Positions 8,573-18,251 of a DNA stretch of 51,747 nucleotides are shown here, in pieces (the stretch's first letter is position 1; each line of letters starts with the position of its first letter). The notes beneath the pieces were generated by a model. That model was not told the origin of the DNA. It was given only the letters and a program-made list of their open reading frames with translations, and made no database searches. The stretch covers positions 1 to 51,747 of IMG/VR virus record IMGVR_UViG_3300046779_000926. The stretch is one strand, 5' to 3'. The stretch is from a virus (lineage: Duplodnaviria > Caudoviricetes). The position numbers were made by a program, and so were the translations under genes.

Positions 8573-9510
8573 TCGTTGATGCTCTCAACGCTTTTTTCCG
8601 CGCCTATATTGTAAATCCTACTCTTTCACCAAACGGACAGCCTATTGGTGGAGTTGTTGGGTTTCTTAAAATTCTACAAAAGCTTTGCAAAGAGACAAAG
8701 CCAGACCTTGTAGTTATTTGCTGGGATGGTGCTGGCGGCTCCCGCAAGCGTAAGGCTATGAATTCCAACTACAAGGAGGGTAGGGCACCTATTCGCCTTA
8801 ACCGTGATGTTCGCGTTCTATCTGAGAACGACGAGCTACAGAACAAGATTTGGCAACAGACAAGGGTAATAGAGTATCTGAACGAACTTCCAATAGTTCA
8901 GCTTATGTATCCAGAGATTGAGGCAGACGATTTGGTATCGTTTGTCTGCACCCTTCCTTTGTTTAAGGACAGCCAGAAGGTAATCGTGTCCTCTGACAAG
9001 GACTATATTCAGATTCTAGATAAGAATGTAGTCCTTATGCGTCCTATTCAAGACGAGATTCTAAATGTAAAGAGAGTTATTGATGAATATAGTATTCACC
9101 CAACCAATTTCGCCCTTGCTAGAGCAATTGCTGGAGATAAATCTGACAATCTCGATGGTGTTGGCGGTGTGGGGCTTAACACGGTAGCCAAGCGGTTTCC
9201 GTTCTTGGTAGAAAATAAGTCATTTACAATTGATGATGTTCTAGATTATTCTCGCGAACACGGAGGAAAGGTCAAGGCATATCAAAACGTACTTGAACAC
9301 GCTCAACTAATTCGTGATAACTATCGAATTATGCAGCTTTATTCTCCACAAATCTCTATTCAAACAAAGGTAGAGATTGAAAATATTTTTGATACGTTTG
9401 AGCCTCAAATGAGTCTTTTTAACTTCAAAAAAATGATGGTCCAAGATGGATTTGGAGCCTTGAATTTTTCCGTGTTGTTTGATACTATGAAGGCGACTAA
9501 GGGAGTATAA
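8557..9510 (+). CDS. 5'-3' exonuclease / flap endonuclease (T4 RNase H or Pol I N-terminal domain-like)
   Basis: LIVD, WDG, YK..R, EADD, SSDKD, GDKSDNL.GV.GVG..T. Confidence 0.92.
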   Translation: MHRILIVDALNAFFRAYIVNPTLSPNGQPIGGVVGFLKILQKLCKETKPDLVVICWDGAGGSRKRKAMNSNYKEGRAPIRLNRDVRVLSENDELQNKIWQQTRVIEYLNELPIVQLMYPEIEADDLVSFVCTLPLFKDSQKVIVSSDKDYIQILDKNVVLMRPIQDEILNVKRVIDEYSIHPTNFALARAIAGDKSDNLDGVGGVGLNTVAKRFPFLVENKSFTIDDVLDYSREHGGKVKAYQNVLEHAQLIRDNYRIMQLYSPQISIQTKVEIENIFDTFEPQMSLFNFKKMMVQDGFGALNFSVLFDTMKATKGV

Positions 9511-10521
9511 ATGGTTAGGAACGTAGACATTGTAGTTGGTGCTTGTTGGGGTGACGAGGGTAAAGGCAAAGTTACCCATCATCTAGCAAAAACTAAAAAC
9601 TATGACTTTGTAGCTCGTTGGAACGGAGGCTCTAATGCAGGACACACAATTTATCACAATGGTAAGAAATTTGCCACCCATATCGTTCCTAGTGGTGTGT
9701 TTCACAATATTACTTCTGTTATTGGCCCCGGTTGTGTGGTAAATCTTGATGCATTTTATAAAGAAGTTAATGAGCTACAAGCTGGTGGTGTTGATGTTTC
9801 TTTAATCAAAGTACATCCACGCGCACATATTGTTACAAACGAACATATCATAGAGGATAAAGCAAAACTTGCAGGTAAACTTGGCACTACTAGCCAAGGT
9901 ATAGCACCCGCTTATCGTGATAAGTATGCTAGAGTTGGATTGCTTGCTAAAGATTCAACAATCGATAAATCATTTCTATTAGAAGAAGAGTTGCACGGAA
10001 ATGTTCTGTGTGAGGGCGCACAAGGAGTCTGGCTTGATATTAATTGGGGTAATTATCCCTATGTAACCTCTAGTGAATGTTTGCCTTATGCCGCTTGTTC
10101 GCTTGGTTTCAGTCCAAAATCAATTCGTAACATTTATGCAATTGCAAAAGCTTACGATACACGCTCTGGCGAAGACCCCGACTTTCCAGCTTCGTTATTA
10201 GAGAATCCAGACCTTCTTGCAATTGCTGATGCGGGCCACGAATACGGAACTACCACAGGCCGCAGACGAAAAGTTAATTGGCTAAACTTGGATAAGTTAA
10301 TTGAATCATGTAGAATCACGGGTGCTACACATCTTATTATCAATAAATGTGATATCCTAGAGATTGTTAATCAGTACCGATTGTACTATGGTGGTAGGCT
10401 TGTTGACTTTAATAGTTGGTATAAAATGGCAAGATTCATAGACTCAGCAATAGCTACAGAATGTGCAGATATACAATCTGTTGTATTTTCTAGGTCACCA
10501 GAAGTAGTAGAATCTCTCTAG
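9511..10521 (+). CDS. purA: Adenylosuccinate synthetase (short form)
   Basis: WGDEGKG, GGSNAGHT, EGAQG, YPYVTSS, EYGTTTGRRR, NKCD. Confidence 0.92.
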   Translation: MVRNVDIVVGACWGDEGKGKVTHHLAKTKNYDFVARWNGGSNAGHTIYHNGKKFATHIVPSGVFHNITSVIGPGCVVNLDAFYKEVNELQAGGVDVSLIKVHPRAHIVTNEHIIEDKAKLAGKLGTTSQGIAPAYRDKYARVGLLAKDSTIDKSFLLEEELHGNVLCEGAQGVWLDINWGNYPYVTSSECLPYAACSLGFSPKSIRNIYAIAKAYDTRSGEDPDFPASLLENPDLLAIADAGHEYGTTTGRRRKVNWLNLDKLIESCRITGATHLIINKCDILEIVNQYRLYYGGRLVDFNSWYKMARFIDSAIATECADIQSVVFSRSPEVVESL

Positions 10522-10535
10522 AATTGTTACTTTTA

Positions 10536-10564
10536 TCCCACACTATGCTATTTATAGTGTGGGA
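10536..10564 (+). promoter_or_regulatory. Putative late promoter CTATTTA inside an 11-bp hairpin covering the next RBS
   Basis: TCCCACACTAT-GCTATTT-ATAGTGTGGGA; motif at 10548-10554; ATG at 10573. Confidence 0.6.
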
Positions 10565-10572
10565 ATTTTATT

Positions 10573-11412
10573 ATGAAATATGATTTAATAGTTGAAATTT
10601 GGAAAAGATATATTAACGAGGTAGACGTTTCTCCAACACCACCAGCAACTCCAACTGGTACTTCTCCTGCCGCAACTCCATCAACAAATCAAAGCCAATT
10701 AAAGACTTATGGTGATTTGCAAAAAATGCTTCAAAAGATTGATAGAGATAAAACATTAAAAGCTGTAGGTGATGAAGCTAAGGACGTTATCTTGGACCAA
10801 ATAGCTGGTTTAATTCCCGGTGCGTCAAATATAAAAAGTGCATTTGGATTTTTTAAATCTATCTACGATTCTAAGGATACCCAAAAAACAAATACATGGC
10901 TTGATAGATTGAATATTGATGATAACTATACCAAAATTGTTGACGATACAGTAGAAAATGCATTTTTACAAGAACTGTCACAACTGATGGGAAAAGAAAA
11001 TCCACAAACACCATTACCAACCGATTTTAATATTAATAAAAAATTAGAAGATTGGCTTAAAGAAAAATATGGTAATCGTACTTTGGCCGGCGGTATCCAA
11101 GAAAGAAAGAGCAAGAGAGCCAAAGTAGGTAAGAAGAGTGGTGGAGATAGATGTACAAGAATAGCTAAACGCAAATATGACGTTTGGCCCTCGGCTTATG
11201 CTTCTGGTGCAGTTGTTAAGTGCCGTCAAGGTAAAATCTGGAAGGGTATATCAGAAGATATGTCTGATGAAGAGATAGATGAAGCATTGTTACTTGAGGA
11301 AGTAGAAATTCTTGAAGAGAAATGGTCAGATAAATATAAGCGTTCAATTAATTGCAAAAATCCTAAAGGTTTCTCGCAAAAAGCACATTGTCAAGGTAAA
11401 AAGAAGAAATGA
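10573..11412 (+). CDS. Putative late/virion multi-module protein
   Basis: Leader MKYDLIVEIWKRYINE; small basic modules (VWPSAYASGAVVKCR; KWSDKYKRSINCKNPKGFSQKAHC) separated by acidic L-x-E linkers. Confidence 0.7.
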   Translation: MKYDLIVEIWKRYINEVDVSPTPPATPTGTSPAATPSTNQSQLKTYGDLQKMLQKIDRDKTLKAVGDEAKDVILDQIAGLIPGASNIKSAFGFFKSIYDSKDTQKTNTWLDRLNIDDNYTKIVDDTVENAFLQELSQLMGKENPQTPLPTDFNINKKLEDWLKEKYGNRTLAGGIQERKSKRAKVGKKSGGDRCTRIAKRKYDVWPSAYASGAVVKCRQGKIWKGISEDMSDEEIDEALLLEEVEILEEKWSDKYKRSINCKNPKGFSQKAHCQGKKKK

Positions 11413-12167
11413 GCTACAAACTCTTAATAGAGAGTTGGAGAAGGTTTCTCCATGAAATATCTGCTTATCACGGTTCAGCAGTTGACTTTGATTCATTTGA
11501 TGCTGAGAAAGCTAGAGAGTTTGGTTTTCATTTTGGCTCAATAGAAAGTGCAATGCACAGAAATGAAGCTAATGTTAAAAAATATAATATTGTAGTTACA
11601 AAACCACTAGAACTTGATGATGTTGGGTTTTGGGAACCAGCATCCATATTGGACAATATGGCAGTTAAAGGTTATATTGCTCAAAATGAAAAACAGGCTT
11701 TATTACAAGAAATAAATTCTGAGGCTATAAGAAAAGCAAAACTATCTGGTTCTTCTTTAAGATATGAAAAAAATGAAATACTTAAATCAAAACTTGAAGA
11801 AATGGGATATGATAGCATAGTATACCAAAATCGTGGTGAGGCTGGCGATACAGCTTATATAGTATTTAGACCAGACCAAATTAAATTTATTGAAAAGCTA
11901 GATGAAGCTAAAAAAAGAGCTTATAAACCAAACTTTTCAAGAGAAAAGAAACAAGGTCTTCATGGATGGTTTGCTCGTAATGATGGAAAAGGTTGGGTAA
12001 ACTGTAGAACTGGCGGTCCATGTGGTCGTGAATCCGCCGATAGTGGCGGTAAATACCCAGCTTGTAGACCAACTAAAGCACAATGTAAATCTGCTGGTAA
12101 AGGCCCATTAAGAAAAAAGAAATCTTCCAAAGCAATCTCTTGGACTAAAAAGAAAAAGAAGGACTAA
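11409..12167 (+). CDS. Putative late/virion protein with an ADP-ribosyltransferase-like domain plus a basic Cys module
   Basis: Leader LLIESWRRFLHE; AYHGS..F..F, GFHFG, GYDSIVY.N..E, YIVFRPDQIK pattern. Confidence 0.55.
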   Translation: MSYKLLIESWRRFLHEISAYHGSAVDFDSFDAEKAREFGFHFGSIESAMHRNEANVKKYNIVVTKPLELDDVGFWEPASILDNMAVKGYIAQNEKQALLQEINSEAIRKAKLSGSSLRYEKNEILKSKLEEMGYDSIVYQNRGEAGDTAYIVFRPDQIKFIEKLDEAKKRAYKPNFSREKKQGLHGWFARNDGKGWVNCRTGGPCGRESADSGGKYPACRPTKAQCKSAGKGPLRKKKSSKAISWTKKKKKD

Positions 12168-12170
12168 TTA
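12164..12170 (+). promoter_or_regulatory. Putative late promoter motif CTAATTA
   Basis: 4 nt upstream of ATG 12175. Confidence 0.55.
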
Positions 12171-12174
12171 AATC

Positions 12175-12774
12175 ATGAGCAAATTTTCATCATTCAAAGA
12201 CCAACAACTAATAGCAGAAAGTTGGAGAAAATATAATAATCTTAAAGAAGCTTTTTACTATAATGGAAAAGAGTTTGATTCAAGACAGGGTGTAGAAGAT
12301 TATAGAGCCGAACAAGAGGAAACTGTTGTTGATACAAAAGGTAATCTTCCTTGGGACTATGGACACGGAGAAGGTGAGAACAAGATAGAATCAGCAAAAG
12401 AAATATTGCGTAACGCAATACAACAGCTTGACAGCTTGAATCTTGCCGAAGCTGCAACATTGGATGATGGAACTCTCGTATGTGAGGCTTGCTTATTAGA
12501 GGTAATCGAGTTATCAGAGAATGTATTGCTTGAAGCTAAATATCAAGGCCGCACAGTAACTCTTAATAAGCCAACTGCTGGTGATGTTAAGAAATTTAAA
12601 GTTTATGTCAAAGACCCATCAACTGGTAATATTAAAAAGGTCAACTTTGGTGACCCAAATATGAAAATTAAAAAGAATATACCAGCTAGACGTAAATCTT
12701 TTAGAGCAAGACATAATTGCGCTAATCCGGGGCCAAAGACAAAGGCCAGATATTGGTCTTGCAAGAAGTGGTAA
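12175..12774 (+). CDS. Putative late/virion protein with a conserved basic C-terminal phage domain
   Basis: Leader LIAESWRKYNNLKE; C-terminal KKFKVYVK...KKVNFGDP...RRKSFRARHNC...YWSCKKW. Confidence 0.7.
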   Translation: MSKFSSFKDQQLIAESWRKYNNLKEAFYYNGKEFDSRQGVEDYRAEQEETVVDTKGNLPWDYGHGEGENKIESAKEILRNAIQQLDSLNLAEAATLDDGTLVCEACLLEVIELSENVLLEAKYQGRTVTLNKPTAGDVKKFKVYVKDPSTGNIKKVNFGDPNMKIKKNIPARRKSFRARHNCANPGPKTKARYWSCKKW

Positions 12775-12782
12775 AAAACTTC

Positions 12783-12811
12783 TTGACCTCAGACTAGTTT
12801 TGTATTAAGAT
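12783..12811 (+). promoter_or_regulatory. sigma70-like promoter for helicase-nrdJ
   Basis: TTGACC-17nt-TAAGAT. Confidence 0.6.
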
Positions 12812-12836
12812 ATATCCAATCCCCCAAGGTGTCTAT

Positions 12837-14219
12837 ATGACTAACGAGAAAAGTGACTTTTCGCGTTTCGGCAAAGCTTTTCAAGAAAATCTTGTACAGC
12901 TTATGCTTATTGACCGAACATTTTGCGACCAGCTTAAGGAAGTTATGGATATTCAATTCCTTGAATTGAAGTATCTACAGGCTTTCGTACAACGTATCTT
13001 TGAATACAAAGATAAATACAAGGTTCATCCAAGTTACGAAACAATGACCTCAATCATTCGTAATTCATTAGAAGATGAAAACGAAGCTTTGCAAAAGCAG
13101 GTTCGTGATTATTTTGCTCGTATCCACACCAAAGAGATTGATGGAGCAGAATATATCAAGGAAACTTCTCTTGATTTCTGTAAGAAGCAGAAACTCAAGG
13201 AAGCAATGCTTAAGTCTGTCAAGCTTCTACAAACTGCGTCATTTGACGAGATTTCAAAAGCAATTAATGATGCTTTGAAACTTGGTATGTCTAATGATAT
13301 TGGATATGACTTTCTCGTAGACTTTGAAAAGCGATTTGAGGTCAAGTCTCGTAATCCTGTAACAACAGGATGGGATGAAATGGACCACTTGTGTAAAGGT
13401 GGATTGGGTCGTGGTGAGCTTGGAGTCGTTGTAGCACCTACGGGTGCTGGCAAGTCAATGGTACTTGTGCATCTTGGTACAGAAGCTCTAAAGCATGGAA
13501 AGACCGTTGTTCATTATACTCTTGAGCTTTCAGATACTGTCGTAGCCTCTCGTTATGATAGCTGCTATACACAATTTGCTATTCGTGAGCTTCCTCAATA
13601 TAAAGACCAAATCTTTGAAATGATTAAGGATATGCCCGGACGTTTGATTGTAAAAGAGTATCCAACAAAGACAGCTACAACCAATAGTATTCGGCTTCAT
13701 ATCGAAAAGCTTAAAATGCGCGGTATCAATCCAGATATGATTATTGTAGACTACGGCGATTTGCTTCGTCCTATTTCTAATCAGAAAGAGAAACGAACAG
13801 AACTTGAAACTATTTATGAAGAGCTACGAGGTATTGCAGCAGAAACTAATTGCCCTGTATGGACAGCATCGCAAACTAATCGTTCTGGTCTAAACGCAGA
13901 AGTAATTACAATGGAATCAATCAGCGAAGCATTCAACAAGTGCTTCGTAGCAGACCTTATTTTCTCTGTTTCTCGTACTGTAGAAGACAAGACTATAAAT
14001 GGTGGAAGAATTTTCATTGCTAAGAATAGAAACGGGCCAGACGGACTTGTTTATCCTATTAGTATGGATACTAGCAATGTTAGTATTAAAATGTTGCCTT
14101 CTACTGGAGAAACACCAAACGATATCGTTACCAAGTCGGCTAAAGAACAAGAAGAAAATCTTAAGAACAAGTACAAGAAATATAAACGTAAATCAAAAAC
14201 GGAGAACCAAGATGTTTAA
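12837..14219 (+). CDS. dnaB: Replicative DNA helicase, DnaB/T4 gp41 family
   Basis: APTGAGKS Walker A, YTLEL, IIVDYGDLL, WTASQTNR, KNRNG. Confidence 0.92.
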   Translation: MTNEKSDFSRFGKAFQENLVQLMLIDRTFCDQLKEVMDIQFLELKYLQAFVQRIFEYKDKYKVHPSYETMTSIIRNSLEDENEALQKQVRDYFARIHTKEIDGAEYIKETSLDFCKKQKLKEAMLKSVKLLQTASFDEISKAINDALKLGMSNDIGYDFLVDFEKRFEVKSRNPVTTGWDEMDHLCKGGLGRGELGVVVAPTGAGKSMVLVHLGTEALKHGKTVVHYTLELSDTVVASRYDSCYTQFAIRELPQYKDQIFEMIKDMPGRLIVKEYPTKTATTNSIRLHIEKLKMRGINPDMIIVDYGDLLRPISNQKEKRTELETIYEELRGIAAETNCPVWTASQTNRSGLNAEVITMESISEAFNKCFVADLIFSVSRTVEDKTINGGRIFIAKNRNGPDGLVYPISMDTSNVSIKMLPSTGETPNDIVTKSAKEQEENLKNKYKKYKRKSKTENQDV

Positions 14220-16614
14220 CAAGGACCAAGTAAATCAAGCAAGTTTAAAATATTTTGACGGTGATGAACTTGCCGCAAATGTATTCACAACAAAATATGC
14301 ACTAAAAACAAAAAAGGGTGAATATCTGGAGTCAACACCAGATGATTTGCATAAACGTTTAGCTAAAGAGTTTGCTCGTATTGAGAGAAAATACGAGGGT
14401 CAATCTTTAGATGAAGATACGATTTATAATCATCTAAAGAACTTTGGAGAGATTGTTCCTCAAGGTTCTCCAATGTACGGTATTGGAAACAACGAGGTAA
14501 ACGTATCTCTTTCAAATTGTGTAGTTGTCGCCTCACCAGAAGACAATATTTCTTCAATTGTTGATTCTGGTAAGCAACTAGCCAATCTTTTCAAGCGTCG
14601 TTGCGGTGTTGGTCTTGATATCTCCAACCTTAGACCAGAGGGTATGACCGTAAACAACTCTGCTGGCACCACAACAGGTGCTTGGTCTTTCGCTGATTTC
14701 TATTCATACGTTTGTCGTATGATTGGTCAAAACGGTCGTCGTGGTGCATTGATGATATCACTTGATATCAGGCACCCCGACATTGAAAAATTCGTTAAAA
14801 TGAAACATGACTTAACAAAGGTAACAGGTGCAAATGTCTCAATTAGAATCTCAGACGACTTTATGGAAGCTGTGGAGCAAGACCAAGATTTTACTCTGCG
14901 ATTTCCTGTTAATTCCGATACTTATACTTACACTAAAAATGTTAGAGCCAGAGAGCTATGGAAGAGTATTGTTGATTCCGCGACAAAAACCGCAGAACCC
15001 GGACTCTTAATGTGGGGTAACATAGAGAAATACTTACCAGCGGAGAGTTATAAAGATGTTGGATTTAAGACACTTACAACAAATCCTTGTGGCGAGATTC
15101 CTCTATCTGCTTACGATTCATGCCGCCTTATTTCAATCAACCTCACATCGTTCGTTGAGAACAAATTTGAAGACAATTCTTTCTTCGATTTTGACCGTCT
15201 ATACAGCGTTGTTCGTCACGGTATGCGCTTATCTGATGATTTGGTTGACCTTGAAATTGAAAAATTGGAAGGAATCCTTTCAGCCTGTAATACTGCGGAC
15301 GAGAAGGAGTTATGGACGAACTTACTCCGTGCTTGCAGAGAAGGACGGCGTACAGGTCTTGGAACGCACGGACTCGCAGACGCACTAGCTTGTCTCAAGA
15401 TGCCATACGACTCAGCAGAAGGTTTAGTAATGATTGATAGAATTTATCAAACTATCCGTAATGCTGCTTACTTTGAGTCTTGTATGTTGGCAAAAGAGCG
15501 TGGTTCCTTCCCTGTATTCGATTGGGAGAAGGAAAAGAACAATGCTTTTATCAAAAACCTCCCAGAAGATATCCGTGAACTTATTAGAACAGTAGGTCGT
15601 AGAAATATTAGCATCCTAACAAATGCTCCAACTGGTTCTGTATCCATTATGTCACAAACATCATCTGGTCTTGAGCCAGTATTCCGTAATTTCTATATTC
15701 GCCGTCGCAAGCTTTCTCACAACGAGCAAGACCAAATGGCAGCTTTCGTAGATGCTATGGGCGATAAATGGACTGAATACAAGGTTTATCATCATAACGT
15801 ACAACAATACTTAAAGAAATTTGAGACTGACCAGATTCCATCATTCTTTACAGAGTCCGATGGTATCAATTGGAAGCGTCGTGTTGAAATCCAAGGTGTA
15901 ATTCAGAAATACATCGACCACTCCATTTCCTCTACAATCAATCTTCCAAAGGGTACAAGCCCAGATGTAGTTTCTGAGCTTTATCTACTTGGCTGGAAAC
16001 TTGGTCTTAAGGGCGTTACAGTATATGTTGATGGTTCTCGCGATGGTGTTCTTATCACAGAAACCAAGAAAGAAACGTTCCCACAACACAACGCACCAAA
16101 ACGTCCAACAACTCTTGATACTGATATCCATAATCTTACAATCAAGGGTGAAAAGTGGACTGTTCTTGTTGGTCTTCTTGATGGTAAACCATATGAAATT
16201 CTTGGTGGAGCAAACAAAATTGTTGACCTTCCAAAGAACGCTAAAAATGGTAAACTTGTAAAAGTATCGACAGGTAAAAATCAAGCTCGTTATGATTTGG
16301 CCGTTGATGATTTGCTTATCAAAGACGTAGTAAAAGTATTTGACAACGCCAATCACTCTGCCTTCACTCGCTTGCTTTCGCTCTCATTACGTCATGGTGC
16401 CCCAATCAATTACGTTGTAGAGCAAATGCAGAAAGACTCCGACTCAGATATGTTCTCGTTCTCTCGCTGTGTTGCAAGAGTTCTCAAGCAATATGTTCCA
16501 GACGGTACAAAAGTAAGTAGCCAAAAGACTTGCCCAGAGTGTACTTCAACCAATCTTATCTACCAAGATGGATGTGCAACTTGCGGAGATTGCGGTTACA
16601 GTAAATGTGGATAA
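14212..16614 (+). CDS. nrdJ: Class II (B12-dependent) ribonucleotide reductase with C-terminal Zn ribbon
   Basis: SLSNC, RRGA, TNPCGEI, APTGS.S, SISSTIN, terminal CPEC...CGDCGYSKCG; GGAG RBS supports ATG 14212. Confidence 0.9.
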   Translation: MFNKDQVNQASLKYFDGDELAANVFTTKYALKTKKGEYLESTPDDLHKRLAKEFARIERKYEGQSLDEDTIYNHLKNFGEIVPQGSPMYGIGNNEVNVSLSNCVVVASPEDNISSIVDSGKQLANLFKRRCGVGLDISNLRPEGMTVNNSAGTTTGAWSFADFYSYVCRMIGQNGRRGALMISLDIRHPDIEKFVKMKHDLTKVTGANVSIRISDDFMEAVEQDQDFTLRFPVNSDTYTYTKNVRARELWKSIVDSATKTAEPGLLMWGNIEKYLPAESYKDVGFKTLTTNPCGEIPLSAYDSCRLISINLTSFVENKFEDNSFFDFDRLYSVVRHGMRLSDDLVDLEIEKLEGILSACNTADEKELWTNLLRACREGRRTGLGTHGLADALACLKMPYDSAEGLVMIDRIYQTIRNAAYFESCMLAKERGSFPVFDWEKEKNNAFIKNLPEDIRELIRTVGRRNISILTNAPTGSVSIMSQTSSGLEPVFRNFYIRRRKLSHNEQDQMAAFVDAMGDKWTEYKVYHHNVQQYLKKFETDQIPSFFTESDGINWKRRVEIQGVIQKYIDHSISSTINLPKGTSPDVVSELYLLGWKLGLKGVTVYVDGSRDGVLITETKKETFPQHNAPKRPTTLDTDIHNLTIKGEKWTVLVGLLDGKPYEILGGANKIVDLPKNAKNGKLVKVSTGKNQARYDLAVDDLLIKDVVKVFDNANHSAFTRLLSLSLRHGAPINYVVEQMQKDSDSDMFSFSRCVARVLKQYVPDGTKVSSQKTCPECTSTNLIYQDGCATCGDCGYSKCG

Positions 16615-16629
16615 AATAGTAAATAACCC

Positions 16630-16679
16630 TTGACAATAGCCTCTATATGGTTACAATAAAATGTAATCGTATAGAGGCT
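16630..16679 (+). promoter_or_regulatory. sigma70-like promoter overlapped by a long hairpin whose 3' arm contains the RBS
   Basis: TTGACA-16nt-TACAAT; AGCCTCTATA (16638-47) pairs with TATAGAGGCT (16670-79). Confidence 0.55.
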
Positions 16680-16684
16680 TTGTT

Positions 16685-16906
16685 ATGAAACTGAATCACT
16701 TATTACCAAGACACGAAAGAGATAAAAAATGCGATAAGACTGACCCAAACAGTAAAACACACTTTTGGATTAAGACTGGAAAGATTGAAGCTAGTGTTGG
16801 CGGAAATATCGCAGTTGATTTTGTTTGTAAGTATTGTGAGCGTAGAGCTACAAGCTTTTTAACAGAACAAGAATTTAATACTCATAGAAAAGTTTTGGAG
16901 GGTTAA
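16685..16906 (+). CDS. Small putative Zn-binding protein
   Basis: C...H...CKYC; GAGG RBS. Confidence 0.65.
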   Translation: MKLNHLLPRHERDKKCDKTDPNSKTHFWIKTGKIEASVGGNIAVDFVCKYCERRATSFLTEQEFNTHRKVLEG

Positions 16907-16910
16907 GATT

Positions 16911-17192
16911 ATGTATTTCCTATCACCAAAGAACAAGTACATGCTTGTCGAACCTGTAGAACAGGATAAGAAAGAAGAGCAGCAAAGAGCTTTCTACATA
17001 CCAGATGAAAATGGTAAGACAGAAGAATATCAGATTGTCAGAGTAATTGAGGACTCTAATTTTAAATATGAACCAGAGAGTTTGGTATTGGTTCCGTCAC
17101 ACTTGCTTGAGAGAATAGAGATTAATGGACAAACCAACTATTTAATTACGGAAAACTATGTAATAGCGTCCGTGACTAAATTGGAGGATTAA
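16911..17192 (+). CDS. groES: GroES/Cpn10-like co-chaperonin
   Basis: P.N..MLVEP, FYIPD mobile-loop region, IEINGQTNYLITENYVIA C-terminus; 93 aa. Confidence 0.6.
   Translation: MYFLSPKNKYMLVEPVEQDKKEEQQRAFYIPDENGKTEEYQIVRVIEDSNFKYEPESLVLVPSHLLERIEINGQTNYLITENYVIASVTKLED
17138..17144 (+). promoter_or_regulatory. Putative late promoter motif CTATTTA
   Basis: Inside the 3' end of the groES-like gene, upstream of 17195. Confidence 0.45.
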
Positions 17193-17194
17193 GC

Positions 17195-17809
17195 GTGCCA
17201 ACTAAAATTACCATATCAGACCTCAAAGGTCTTATTCAAGAAGTGTTGAAAGAGAAAACTGACCAACCATTGGTTGAGAGTAGTTATTCGCAGGTAATCA
17301 ACATTGTCAGAGGGCAAAAAGAAAGTATATACCAATTTGGAATTATGACTGCTGAAAACCCAAGAGGTAAACCAGCGGACGCTACTTTTAATAACAAAGC
17401 AAATGCAGAGCTTGAAGCTGAGTTGCAAAAACGAGGTTATGGATATAGTAAGATTGGTGGCAAGTTTGGTGGTTCTAAAGAAAATTCATTTTTGATTAGA
17501 AACATTGCATATCACGAAATGGTAGATTTAGGTTATAAGTTCAAACAAGAAGCTGTAATCTTTGCTACAAAAAAGAAAGACGACCCATTTATGACATTCA
17601 TTTATGTTGACACCACCACTCCAAGTGGTACAATAGGTGATAAGAAAGAAGTTGTGCTATCAGATGAATCAGTCCAAAGCAGAGAGGATTTCTTCTCTAG
17701 TGTTGGAAGTGGAGAAAAAGAAAAAAAGTTCTTGATTCCATTCTTCGATGATGGTTATAATACTAAGAGGTTCACAAATGCAGGACGAACAATTGGAGAT
17801 AAATCGTAA
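17195..17809 (+). CDS. Putative late/virion protein, DUF3293-like domain
   Basis: Leader KITISDLKGLIQEVLKE; IMTAENPRG..N..L...L...GY...G.FGG.KENSFLI...FKQEAV; GGAGG RBS, GTG start. Confidence 0.65.
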   Translation: MPTKITISDLKGLIQEVLKEKTDQPLVESSYSQVINIVRGQKESIYQFGIMTAENPRGKPADATFNNKANAELEAELQKRGYGYSKIGGKFGGSKENSFLIRNIAYHEMVDLGYKFKQEAVIFATKKKDDPFMTFIYVDTTTPSGTIGDKKEVVLSDESVQSREDFFSSVGSGEKEKKFLIPFFDDGYNTKRFTNAGRTIGDKS

Positions 17810-17987
17810 GAAGAAAAATCTACAAAACCAAATAAAGATTTGTGAAGCAGCAATTAGGTTGCACCAATCACAGATACATGATAATAGTCGTACTGAGCGT
17901 TCACGCTGGCATCATGAACGCATGTTAGAAGTTGAAACTAAGAAAATGTCAGATTTGCTAGATAAACTAAACAAACTGGAGGGTTAA
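17778..17987 (+). CDS. Hypothetical coiled-coil protein
   Basis: ORF filling the gap; AGAGG RBS before ATG (MQDEQL). Confidence 0.55.
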   Translation: MQDEQLEINRKKKNLQNQIKICEAAIRLHQSQIHDNSRTERSRWHHERMLEVETKKMSDLLDKLNKLEG

Positions 17988-18250
17988 TGTCTGCAACAGA
18001 AAAGTCCAAGGAAGATTACATCGTAGATTATGTCGGTTCAATGGCTGCTATTGAGGATGCTATGGAGCCATTCAAGGAGCAGAAGCGTGATTTGCGTAAG
18101 GAGTATGTAGAGAACGGCTGGCTATCCAAGGAAGAGATTAAGACCGCTGTTCGTGCTTTCCGACTTATGAAGGCAGAGGTTGATTTTGATGAGCTTCGTT
18201 CAACTTATCGTACTCTTCGCGGTACAGTAGGACCAGAGGCAGAGGAGTAA
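17987..18250 (+). CDS. Small dsDNA-binding protein (T4 DsbA/GapR-like)
   Basis: Helical pattern IE......KEQKRDLRKEY....LS...IK.AVR; 87 aa; GGAGG RBS. Confidence 0.5.
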   Translation: MSATEKSKEDYIVDYVGSMAAIEDAMEPFKEQKRDLRKEYVENGWLSKEEIKTAVRAFRLMKAEVDFDELRSTYRTLRGTVGPEAEE

Positions 18251-18251
18251 G

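Noticed and set aside
9511-10521. PurZ / 2-aminoadenine (Z) genome pathway
   Set aside because: The catalytic Asp is retained (WGDEGKG, where PurZ has Ser) and the GTP-type NKCD motif is present, so this is canonical PurA; no DatZ- or MazZ-like neighbour was recognised
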